Assembly: GCA_965215195.1 (NCBI GenBank)
Contig: CBDCDC010000002.1
Span: 1,792,001-1,856,000 of the forward strand
DNA: 64,000 nt
Direction: 5' to 3'
Source of the DNA: Candidatus Latescibacterota bacterium
GTDB lineage: Bacteria > Latescibacterota > UBA2968 > UBA8231
The notes under the pieces were generated by a model. That model saw only the letters and a list, made by a program, of their open reading frames with translations. It was not told where the DNA came from and searched no databases. The translations under genes and the position numbers were made by a program. Position 1 is the first letter of the stretch. Every line of letters starts with the position of its first letter. Shown piece by piece: positions 19,069-29,624 of the stretch.

Positions 19069-19854
19069 GTGAATTTATTTTCGCTAGCAGGAAAGGTCGC
19101 TCTCGTCACCGGTGCCAGTCGCGGCATTGGCCGCGGGGTGGCCGCCGGCATGGCTGCGGCCGGCGCCACGGTCGTGTGCGCCGCTCGCACCCGTAGCCAG
19201 CTCGACGAAGCTGTCGCCGCCATTGAGGCCGACGGTGGCAAGGCCCGTGCGGTCGAATTGGACATGGCCGACCTAGAGGGGATGGACGCGGCCTTGGCCC
19301 AATGCGGCCCCATAGACATCCTGTTCAACAATGCCGGCATGAACATCCGCCAGCCCATCGTCGAGGTCTCGGAGGAAAACTACGACCAGATCATGGCCGT
19401 CAATCTCAAGGGCCTGTACTTTCTCAGCCAGAAGGTGGGTCGCCAGATGATAGCGCACGGTCAAGGCGGCAAGATCATCAACATCGGCTCGCTGACCACG
19501 GGCTACGCCCTCGCCAAGGTCTCGGTGTACACCGCGACCAAGGGGGCTGTCGGCCAGCTCACCAAGGGCCAAGCCATTGAGTTCGGGCCGCACAACATCC
19601 AAGTCAACGCCATCTGCCCGGGCTTTGTGCTCACCTCGCTCACTGAGAAGTTGTGGGCCGACGACACCATGCGGGCTTGGGGCGAGGGGCGGGTTGCGCT
19701 CAACCGCTTGGGAACGCCCGAAGACTTGGTCGGCACGGCCGTTTTCCTCGCCGCGCCGGCCTCGGATTACGTCACCGGGCAGTGCATCTACGTCGATGGC
19801 GGCTTCATGGCCGGCGACGAGTGGCCCTTGCCGCCGGTGGCTGGCGGCAAGTGA
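19069..19854 (+). CDS. SDR family oxidoreductase (KduD/gluconate 5-dehydrogenase-like)
   Basis: TGASRGIG, NNAG, YTATK, VNAICPG, VDGG. Confidence 0.9.
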   Translation: MNLFSLAGKVALVTGASRGIGRGVAAGMAAAGATVVCAARTRSQLDEAVAAIEADGGKARAVELDMADLEGMDAALAQCGPIDILFNNAGMNIRQPIVEVSEENYDQIMAVNLKGLYFLSQKVGRQMIAHGQGGKIINIGSLTTGYALAKVSVYTATKGAVGQLTKGQAIEFGPHNIQVNAICPGFVLTSLTEKLWADDTMRAWGEGRVALNRLGTPEDLVGTAVFLAAPASDYVTGQCIYVDGGFMAGDEWPLPPVAGGK

Positions 19855-19994
19855 TGGGTGCGAATGCGACTAGGATGGCCGCTCCATTGCCTTCTATTTC
19901 GACCACGACGGCAACGAGGGGTTTGGCGAGTAGGCACCTGCCTTATTAGTTTGCGCTATGCACGGTCATTTACCCTAATGAGGAGTTAGCTCGC

Positions 19995-21950
<1,956 letters not shown>

Positions 21951-22253
21951 GTGAGTGCCGATACCTTGCACTGCCTAAAGGCAGCTACCCGCGAGTGGCT
22001 GGAGACCAACGGCTTGGGCGGCTGGAGCGGTGCGCACACCCGGCGCTACCACGGCCTGCTGGTCGTAGCGACCTGTCCGCCGGTCGGCCGGGTGGTGGTG
22101 CTCTCGCGGCTCGACGAGACCTTGGTCCTGCCCACAGCCCGCGTCGAGCTAGGTTGCAGCATCTTTCCCGGGGCTATCCATCTGTGGGTTGACTGGCGGC
22201 GCGACACGATGCCCAACCGCTTGCAGCCTAACGGCCTTTATAGACCCTGCTAG
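21951..22253 (+). pseudogene. Truncated duplicate of the glycogen debranching enzyme 5' end
   Basis: About 21961-22181 matches about 23496-23743 with two in-frame deletions, then diverges. Confidence 0.85.
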
Positions 22254-22267
22254 CTGACGTAGAGCGA

Positions 22268-23065
22268 TCATCTGAGCACCTCCTCGAGAGACGTTTTAAC
22301 CTGACCCCAGCTCGTCTGTTTTACTGAGGTTGTCAGATTCCTTATGATGGTTTGATTATCTATGTGGGCTTCTTTGAGGAGGCCAAAGTCCCAAACCTCC
22401 GTTTCCGTTGTAAAATGCGTGATATAAACGGGTCCTACCCCCACCTCAAACACTTCATCCCATTCCTCCGCATAGGTCGTTGCTGAAAAGCGGAAAAACC
22501 TCTGAGAGGGTGCTACTTGTACAATAGTACCCTCCCAATTCGGCGGACCGATATCGCCCGGCCAACGGGCATTAACGATTACCCACCATATATTTACATC
22601 TGTCCGGGGAATTTCTTGTAGGGGTAAGTCCCAAAAAGTTCCTTGGGGTGCCTCAAAGTCATACATCAGCCAATCCGTCTGATTGGGGTCTAGAGGATGC
22701 GGGTCTAGGCGATCCCACTCCTGTGCTAGAGTACCAGCCGCCACGGTATCCGGTTGCTCTATGTAGCGAAAGACTTGTGCCCCTTCTTTTCTCAGGTAGA
22801 GCGTATCGGGTAGAGACCAATTCCAGTCCTGTCGCACGACGAAATACGACCGCTCCCGCAACTGAACTTGGCCGATTACTTCCGTTGAAACGGTCTCTTC
22901 AAGGAGAAGGGTATCTGGGTATCTTACGTCATATTTCTGAAACACCCATCGGTTGCCCACTTCTAACGGGAAGAAATCGCCTTCCTCGGCGTGGGCCGTG
23001 CCCATACAGCCTACTACTAAGGCTCTCAATACGATCCATCTAAGTGCCATTCTCCCACTCCTCAT
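22268..23065 (-). CDS. Secreted hypothetical protein with C-terminal SWGQVK motif
   Basis: Signal peptide, FFPLEVGNRWVF start of mature domain, TSVKQTSWGQVK tail. Confidence 0.8.
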   Translation of the reverse strand: MRSGRMALRWIVLRALVVGCMGTAHAEEGDFFPLEVGNRWVFQKYDVRYPDTLLLEETVSTEVIGQVQLRERSYFVVRQDWNWSLPDTLYLRKEGAQVFRYIEQPDTVAAGTLAQEWDRLDPHPLDPNQTDWLMYDFEAPQGTFWDLPLQEIPRTDVNIWWVIVNARWPGDIGPPNWEGTIVQVAPSQRFFRFSATTYAEEWDEVFEVGVGPVYITHFTTETEVWDFGLLKEAHIDNQTIIRNLTTSVKQTSWGQVKTSLEEVLR

Positions 23066-23087
23066 CGCGCCTGCTGGTGTCGAGCGA

Positions 23088-23297
23088 TCATCTGAGTATC
23101 TGATAGATACGTCGATGAATCTCCTTTACTACAAAGATAGCAATCGTCGCGGTGTTTTTGTATCGGGTAAACGCCGTCAATGCGGCGGCACTGTGCAGGT
23201 TAAGCTTATTCATTATATGTTGGCGATGGGAACTGATGGTCTTTGGGGTCACGTGGAGTGCTTCGGCTATTTGCGCGGTTGTTTTTCCTTCGGCGAC
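23088..23297 (-). pseudogene. LuxR/NarL-type HTH remnant lacking its N-terminus
   Basis: Manual translation VAEGKTTAQIAEALHVTPKTISSHRQHIMNKLNLHSAAALT...; in-frame stop just upstream and a MITE end at 23305. Confidence 0.8.
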
Positions 23298-23304
23298 TCA
23301 GTGC

Positions 23305-23318
23305 CTAACTACACGACA
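23305..23318. repeat. Solo MITE terminus CTAACTACACGACA
   Basis: Identical to the left end of the 4037-4168 element. Confidence 0.7.
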
Positions 23319-23488
23319 GCATATTTACTTTGCCGTGCAGCCCCGCGTTAGGTTTATTGGTTGTTGCCCAAACGGCCATCCCCTAAACGGATAGGAGCTA
23401 CACGGTGAAAGGCATGAATAGCTTAAAGAAGGCCCTGCGTTAAGTGGCCCCTCTCATGTCGAACTACCAAGCGCTGCTTAATCACTCC

Positions 23489-25453
23489 ATGGCCAATACC
23501 TTGCACTGCCTAAAGGCAGCGAGTACAGCTTTTGCCCGCGAGTGGCTGGAGACCAACGGCTTGGGCGGCTGGGCTTCCTCCACGGTTAGCGGCGCGCACA
23601 CCCGGCGCTACCACGGCCTGCTGGTCGTAGCGACCTGTCCGCCGGTCGGCCGGGTGGTGGTGCTCTCGCGGCTCGACGAGACCTTGGTCCTGCCCACAGC
23701 CCGCGTCGAGCTAGGTTGCAGCATCTTTCCCAGCACTATCCATCCACAAGGCCACCAACTCATTGCTTCCTTCGCGCTTGAGCCGGTGCCGACGTGGACG
23801 TACGCGGGGGACGGGTGGGTGTTGCGCAAGCGGCTCGCTCTGCTCTCGGGCGAGCACGCCTTGGTCGTCGCGTACGAACTGGTGAAGGCGCGTGGCCCGC
23901 TTTGTTTGGAATTGCGCCCCTTTTTCGCAGGTCGGGACTATCACCACTTGATGCAGGCTAACGATCGCGTCGCCCGCACCGCTGCTTGGACCGACGGTGT
24001 GCTAGCCTATCAACCCTACCCCGATCAGCCCACCGCCTACATCTACGTCGCCGACGCATCTTGGGAGGCCGCCCCGGACTGGTACTACAACTTTCAATAT
24101 CCACGCGAGGAAGAGCGCGGCCTCGACCACCGCGAGGACCTGTTCACACCCGGTCGTCTGCGCCTGCAACTCGACCCCGGGGCCACCGTTGGCGTGGTCG
24201 CGGCCACCGAGCTTCCCGCCGGCCGCGACCCCCTCGCGCTTCTCGCCGGCGAGATCGATCGCCGTCAGCAGGCGATGGTGTGCGCTCCTTGGGCGGCCGA
24301 CCCTTTGCTGCGGTCGCTGGCGCGGGCGGCCAATGCGTTTCTGGTACGGCGCGGCGATGGCCTGCACACCATTGTCGCCGGCTATCACTGGTTCACGGAT
24401 TGGGGCCGCGACACCATGATCGCCCTGCCCGGCCTCTGTTTGGTCACCGGGCGCTTTGCCGCGGCGCGGGGCATCTTCGCGGCGTTTGCCGAGCACGTCA
24501 GCGAGGGCATGATCCCCAACCGCTTCCCCGACGCGGGAGAGGCTCCAGAATATCACGCTGTTGACGCGACCTTGTGGTTTTTCGTCGCGCTCTACAAGTA
24601 TTTGCAATACACCCAAGACTACGAGTTTGCCCGCGCACTGTGGCCGACGCTAGAGGACATAGCCGCTTGGCACGAGCGCGGCACGCGCCATCAGATCCGG
24701 GCCGATGCCGACGGCCTGCTCGCGGCCGGCGAGCCCGGGGTGCAACTGACGTGGATGGACGCCAAGATCGGCGATTGGGTGGTCACGCCGCGCATGGGCA
24801 AGCCAGTGGAGGTCAATGCCCTTTGGTACAATGCGCTCAAAGTTTTGCAGCACTTGGCCGAGGCATTTGGTCAGCGCACCGAGTACGGCCAGCACGCCGC
24901 TGAAGTGCGCGCGTCCTTTGACCGCCTGTTCTGGTGCGAAGAGCGCGGCTATCTATGCGACGTGGTCGCGCCCGAGGGGCCGGATTGGGCAATCCGCCCC
25001 AACCAAGTTTTCGCGCTCTCGCTGCCCTTTCCGCTCATCGAGGGCGAGCGGGCGCGGCGAATTTTGTCCGTGCTTGACGAACACTTGCTGACCCCGCGCG
25101 GCCTGCGCAGCCTCTCGCCGAGCGACCCGGCGTACTGCGCCCGGTATGCGGGCGGCCCGTGGGAGCGCGACAGGGCGTATCACCAAGGCACGGTGTGGGC
25201 CTGGCTCATCGGCCCGTACATCACCGCCCTCTGCCGCTGCTACGGCCGCGCCGGCCGCCAGCGCGGCCGCGCCCTCCTCAACGGCTTTGCCGCGCACCTG
25301 TGCGAGGCGGGCTTGGGCACGGTTTCGGAGATATTTGACGCCGAGCCGCCTTTTGCTCCTCGCGGCTGCATCGCCCAGGCGTGGAGCGTGGGGGAGTTGT
25401 TGCGGGCTGGGGTGGAGGATGTGGGTGAATTGGAAATTAAGAACTGGAGTTGA
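23489..25453 (+). CDS. Glycogen debranching enzyme (amylo-alpha-1,6-glucosidase, archaeal/GH133 type)
   Basis: REWLETNGLGG, TRRYHGLL, AGYHWFTDWGRDTMI, LTWMDA, YHQGTVW, QAWSV. Confidence 0.93.
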   Translation: MANTLHCLKAASTAFAREWLETNGLGGWASSTVSGAHTRRYHGLLVVATCPPVGRVVVLSRLDETLVLPTARVELGCSIFPSTIHPQGHQLIASFALEPVPTWTYAGDGWVLRKRLALLSGEHALVVAYELVKARGPLCLELRPFFAGRDYHHLMQANDRVARTAAWTDGVLAYQPYPDQPTAYIYVADASWEAAPDWYYNFQYPREEERGLDHREDLFTPGRLRLQLDPGATVGVVAATELPAGRDPLALLAGEIDRRQQAMVCAPWAADPLLRSLARAANAFLVRRGDGLHTIVAGYHWFTDWGRDTMIALPGLCLVTGRFAAARGIFAAFAEHVSEGMIPNRFPDAGEAPEYHAVDATLWFFVALYKYLQYTQDYEFARALWPTLEDIAAWHERGTRHQIRADADGLLAAGEPGVQLTWMDAKIGDWVVTPRMGKPVEVNALWYNALKVLQHLAEAFGQRTEYGQHAAEVRASFDRLFWCEERGYLCDVVAPEGPDWAIRPNQVFALSLPFPLIEGERARRILSVLDEHLLTPRGLRSLSPSDPAYCARYAGGPWERDRAYHQGTVWAWLIGPYITALCRCYGRAGRQRGRALLNGFAAHLCEAGLGTVSEIFDAEPPFAPRGCIAQAWSVGELLRAGVEDVGELEIKNWS

Positions 25454-25509
25454 GGGGGCGCTGGGAGCAACTGACTGTATGAAGGGGGGGCCGGTACTTT
25501 TGCGATTAT

Positions 25510-26880
25510 TTGACATTACCCAGTAGCGATCTATCTTGTCTTGCCAAAATTACAAGCGACACCGGACCGGTCCGTTTTGAGCTTGTACGCGAGATTGAGA
25601 TAGGGTCTAACATAATGCAAGACTGGAATTGGCATAAGAACACTTGGATCTGTTCTAAGGAGGGCCGCGAGCATCATGCGCTCGCCAATTTTTGCGCCGT
25701 TTGCGGCGGTTCTGTCGCGAGCAAACCTGTCGATCTCATGGCCGATATACCTCCCGGAGAGAGTAAGGATAGCGCCGTCGAGAATTTGCCTGTCACTATG
25801 GACCACGTTGACGACCTCTTTAACGTGTTCGGCCAGCCCTTATTAGTGAGCAAACCCAGCGGAACAATGCACACCTACATAGAGAACGAGCCATGCGATC
25901 TGCCTCAGCTCAATGGGGCTTCCTTGCGTCAGGTGGATTTTGACCGCTGGTGGATTTACGCGATCACTGAGGTGGGGACGCTTCAAGTACTTCCGACCTC
26001 TGCATTGTTAAACGAAGATATGCTTCGAGGTGCTCAGTGGAAGCAGGTTGCCGTGGAATGTGGGCGCGTCGAGAAAATGGCCCTAGGTCGGAATCGGCTT
26101 TTCCTACTGGACCAAGAGGCATTGACTATTCATGTACATAAGGTAGATAAAGCAAGTTGCGCTCGATACTGGAAGAGCGAGAACCGCATCTTCGACGAAT
26201 TGCAAAAGCAAGAGCTAGACGAAAATTCGTTGCCTATCCAAGAAATGATCCCAATTCGGGGAAGCGATACCTATCTGGGCTTAATAGAAGAGGAAAACAG
26301 GATTGTTTTCTTAGATTTGGAACAGGGCAAGAACGTCTCGCATGAGGATGAGGATGCCCGCGGCGGCCCATTAGCCGCTTCGGCGGGCGTGATGCGCGGC
26401 GAGGATCCGTCAATATGGCTATTGACTCAAGAAGGGGGCTTGTGTGCCCTACAGTTAGTCGGCCAACAGGTGCTAAAAGAAATTCCGAGCCAAACCGCGG
26501 TAGAGGTACAGGCCCTACAGGCATTGCGGATCAAGTCCGGCTATTGCTATATGGCGATAGGGTCTAATTTTATGCTGTTGTTCGATCCATTGAGCCGGCA
26601 AGTTACGTCCACATTGGAGTGTAGTCCCGGATATTCCATGAGGCACATCGATCAGACCAAAGGCTTGGGCGGCTTGGTCGCCAACTTCCAAAGAGGAGTA
26701 AGAGCTAATACGGAATTTCGTCTTTCCCGTCTTGATGAACGGGGAGAGGGACATTTCTTGCGTGGCTGGCCTTTAGGCGAAGATCCGGTTGTGCCGCCAG
26801 CGGGTTTCGGCAAGTACGTGTACGTGATGACCCGCGATCATGAGTACCATCTATATCGCTATGACCTATTGGCCGTTTGA
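25510..26880 (+). CDS. Hypothetical protein, N-terminal zinc ribbon plus probable beta-propeller region
   Basis: WICSK...H...FCAVCG; short beta-strand-like repeats; start uncertain (TTG 25510 or ATG 25615). Confidence 0.6.
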   Translation: MTLPSSDLSCLAKITSDTGPVRFELVREIEIGSNIMQDWNWHKNTWICSKEGREHHALANFCAVCGGSVASKPVDLMADIPPGESKDSAVENLPVTMDHVDDLFNVFGQPLLVSKPSGTMHTYIENEPCDLPQLNGASLRQVDFDRWWIYAITEVGTLQVLPTSALLNEDMLRGAQWKQVAVECGRVEKMALGRNRLFLLDQEALTIHVHKVDKASCARYWKSENRIFDELQKQELDENSLPIQEMIPIRGSDTYLGLIEEENRIVFLDLEQGKNVSHEDEDARGGPLAASAGVMRGEDPSIWLLTQEGGLCALQLVGQQVLKEIPSQTAVEVQALQALRIKSGYCYMAIGSNFMLLFDPLSRQVTSTLECSPGYSMRHIDQTKGLGGLVANFQRGVRANTEFRLSRLDERGEGHFLRGWPLGEDPVVPPAGFGKYVYVMTRDHEYHLYRYDLLAV

Positions 26881-28468
26881 AAACCAGTCATTCTGGTACG
26901 TTGCTCTGCTCTGCTGCCTAGGGCTTGGCGGCCCTCGTGCCGCCGCTGGGATGGATGTCAGCATATTGGTCGATGGCTCTGGTTCAATGGAGGGCTTCCA
27001 GCAGACAGGCGAGCTACAGAAATTGCTGACCTCGTTAAAAAAAGTCTGCCAAGACCAGCAACTGGAGGCGGGTACTTTATTTTTTCTATCCCACCACCCG
27101 GATTCGCTAGTGTGGCTCGAGGAGACCCAAGGCGCACAATGGGGCAGCTATACTAATTTGCTCAGGGCTTTTGAAGAAAGGCTTGGATGGGCACCTATCA
27201 CTTTTCTTATTACCGATAATGTCCAAGCGACCACCAATGACGAGGATGTTCGGGGGCTCTATGCGCGTTTTGCCGAGGATGTGGTACAAGTACTATATGC
27301 CGTGCCGCTGAGTCTGCCCTTTGACGGGCGGTTGTTCAATCACCCCGACAAGATTTACCACCAGGGTCAGCGTGGGGCGGTCCTGTATGCCTATCTCACA
27401 GAAGAAGATCAGCGCGCTAGATTCGGCAAACTCATCTCCCAACTCAGGGCCGGCGGTTTGGAACCGATGCTGATGAAACCGCTAGACCACCGCATTGTTC
27501 TACATCGCAAACGCCGGACACCTTCGGATCAGCCGAGTGATATCGGCATGGACGAATACGAGTCGGTCAATTTCTCCTTTACCCTAGAGTCGCAATTGAG
27601 CTACCTGAATATCGAGCCGACGGATGAGTATGGTAATCCGGTGCGGTTAAAGGTGAGCCAGCCTAGGATCGTTCCCATGCAGCCCGAAGACCGGCGGTAC
27701 TGGAGTCGAGCCGGCGGGAGAGGGCGAGTTACTCCACCCCGCCTCGAAGAGAAGTTGGAGCACAATACCCAGAACAAATACCGCTATTCGTGCCGGGTCC
27801 GCCTAGGCCCGTTCCAGCCCAACGAGGTTGGCTTTTTCGACCAGCTTGGTATGGCGCGTATAAGCCCGATTCCAGTGCAATATATGTCCAAGGTCGTCTT
27901 GGAGATACCGCCTGGCTCGTTTCGCATGACTCCGATTTATCAGGAGAAGTACTTTACCGACAATCCCCAAGAGGTCGAGCGCATCTATACGCCAGACGAT
28001 CTGATACACTTCCTGCACCGAGACCGAAAGGGTTTGGAAGTGGTGCCCAAGGGAGGAGCCATAAGAGGTAGGTTGCAAGTCCGTTCCCCTCTCTATCTGT
28101 GGCGGGCTTGGGTCGCGGTGATCTTGCTACCCATCGCTGTGGTAGCTGCCGGGGGAATGGTTTATTTTAGGAGCCTCGTTTATCGGCTGGCAGACGTCGA
28201 GTACAAGTACTGGATGCGCCCCCGCGGTCAAAAGGAATTGGAGTACACAAACCAAAGCGGAAAGAATATCGTTTTGGGATATTTGCGGCGAGACGGCCTG
28301 TTCAAATGCAAATACCACTTATTGCCGGCCAAAGAGGGCGACGAAAGGGCTGAACTAAGAAATCGGATGGACGATCCGGTCGGTGAGGAGGGGGTGGCTT
28401 TTGCAAGGGATGAAAAATGGGTTTTCAACCACAAGGGCAATGAATTTGAACTGGAACGCCTCAAATAA
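26861..28468 (+). CDS. Membrane-anchored von Willebrand A domain protein
   Basis: Signal peptide, MIDAS DGSGS plus YTNL and LITD, late TM WVAVILLPIAVVAAGGMVYF, about 100-aa tail. Confidence 0.75.
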   Translation: MTYWPFENQSFWYVALLCCLGLGGPRAAAGMDVSILVDGSGSMEGFQQTGELQKLLTSLKKVCQDQQLEAGTLFFLSHHPDSLVWLEETQGAQWGSYTNLLRAFEERLGWAPITFLITDNVQATTNDEDVRGLYARFAEDVVQVLYAVPLSLPFDGRLFNHPDKIYHQGQRGAVLYAYLTEEDQRARFGKLISQLRAGGLEPMLMKPLDHRIVLHRKRRTPSDQPSDIGMDEYESVNFSFTLESQLSYLNIEPTDEYGNPVRLKVSQPRIVPMQPEDRRYWSRAGGRGRVTPPRLEEKLEHNTQNKYRYSCRVRLGPFQPNEVGFFDQLGMARISPIPVQYMSKVVLEIPPGSFRMTPIYQEKYFTDNPQEVERIYTPDDLIHFLHRDRKGLEVVPKGGAIRGRLQVRSPLYLWRAWVAVILLPIAVVAAGGMVYFRSLVYRLADVEYKYWMRPRGQKELEYTNQSGKNIVLGYLRRDGLFKCKYHLLPAKEGDERAELRNRMDDPVGEEGVAFARDEKWVFNHKGNEFELERLK

Positions 28469-28483
28469 CACTAGGGAGTCAAG

Positions 28484-29533
28484 ATGAAACGGCACATCGC
28501 GCTCGGATTCATACTGGCTATCGGCTGGATGGGGTGTGGCGGGCCGGAACAAAGCGGCTCCACGTTTACCCAGCAGATTGCCAAGGAAGAGAAGGCAAGC
28601 GTAGTATTCCTCAAGGTCTCTACCAATGAAGGAGACGGACTGGGGAGCGGAATCATCGTTAAGTCAACGGGCCAAATTCTCACGGCGCACCATGTGATCA
28701 AGGGCATCAAAGAAGGATGGGCCAAGCCGTTCAACGGGACTTGGATGCCGATTACGGGCGTTGTCGCCCAAGACGAACTCAAAGATCTGGCGGTGATAAA
28801 CGTCGATCCGCGCAACCAACACCTACAGCCGTCTAGGCTTGGGTCGGGAGAGTATATAAGTTCGGGCGATCCCGTGGTGGCCATAGGCAACCCGTTGGGG
28901 CTAGAGTACTCGGTCACCGAAGGGATTATCTCCGAGGTTCGCACCACCCCGGAGGGCCTCAGACTAATTCAGACGGATGCGGCCGTATCGCCGGGCAACA
29001 GCGGCGGGCCTTTATTCGACCAGAACGGCGAGGTAATTGGCGTGGTAAGTTTCAATCTAAGCTCTAGCCGCGACGAGGGGCAGAATCTCAATTTTGCGGT
29101 CTCAATTGATGAAGCTAAACCACTGCTGGGCATCCCCTCGGACCAATTTGAACCTGTTCGGGTGGGAGTCCCGCCACCGGAGACTAGCTCGCAGAGCTCC
29201 TTTCGCTATGTAGAGATTGGGCGCATAGTCTGGATTTTGGTGTTTTCTGTAATCGTCTATCTCTTTTCGGCCTACATACTCTTTAGCGGGCTCATCAAGA
29301 ACCGAGACAAGCACCCGGCCACGGCTTTTGGCATATCCGCCCTCGTATCGTGGGTGGGCTTTGCGGTGATCGCCTCCTTTGTGTTGAGTGGCCTTTTCGA
29401 TTTTTTAATGGGCTGGGTGTCAGGTTCGCAAATTGAATGGCGAGTCTGCATCGCTGGGCTGGTGTTCCTAATTCTCATCTTGGTGGTAGTAAGACTTGTC
29501 TCCCGGCCATCGGCCGTTAAAAGTTCAGAGTGA
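28484..29533 (+). CDS. Trypsin-like (S1C/HtrA-type) serine protease, no PDZ, three C-terminal TM helices
   Basis: TAHHVI, DLAVI, AIGNPLGL, QTDAAVSPGNSGGPL; lipobox-like WMGC. Confidence 0.9.
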   Translation: MKRHIALGFILAIGWMGCGGPEQSGSTFTQQIAKEEKASVVFLKVSTNEGDGLGSGIIVKSTGQILTAHHVIKGIKEGWAKPFNGTWMPITGVVAQDELKDLAVINVDPRNQHLQPSRLGSGEYISSGDPVVAIGNPLGLEYSVTEGIISEVRTTPEGLRLIQTDAAVSPGNSGGPLFDQNGEVIGVVSFNLSSSRDEGQNLNFAVSIDEAKPLLGIPSDQFEPVRVGVPPPETSSQSSFRYVEIGRIVWILVFSVIVYLFSAYILFSGLIKNRDKHPATAFGISALVSWVGFAVIASFVLSGLFDFLMGWVSGSQIEWRVCIAGLVFLILILVVVRLVSRPSAVKSSE

Positions 29534-29624
29534 GAGACACCCGCCGGATACTTCGACCTGAGCGCAGCCGAAGATTTTCAGGCCACATCTAATACCAGTT
29601 GAAGCAAAATTGAAAGAGAACACC

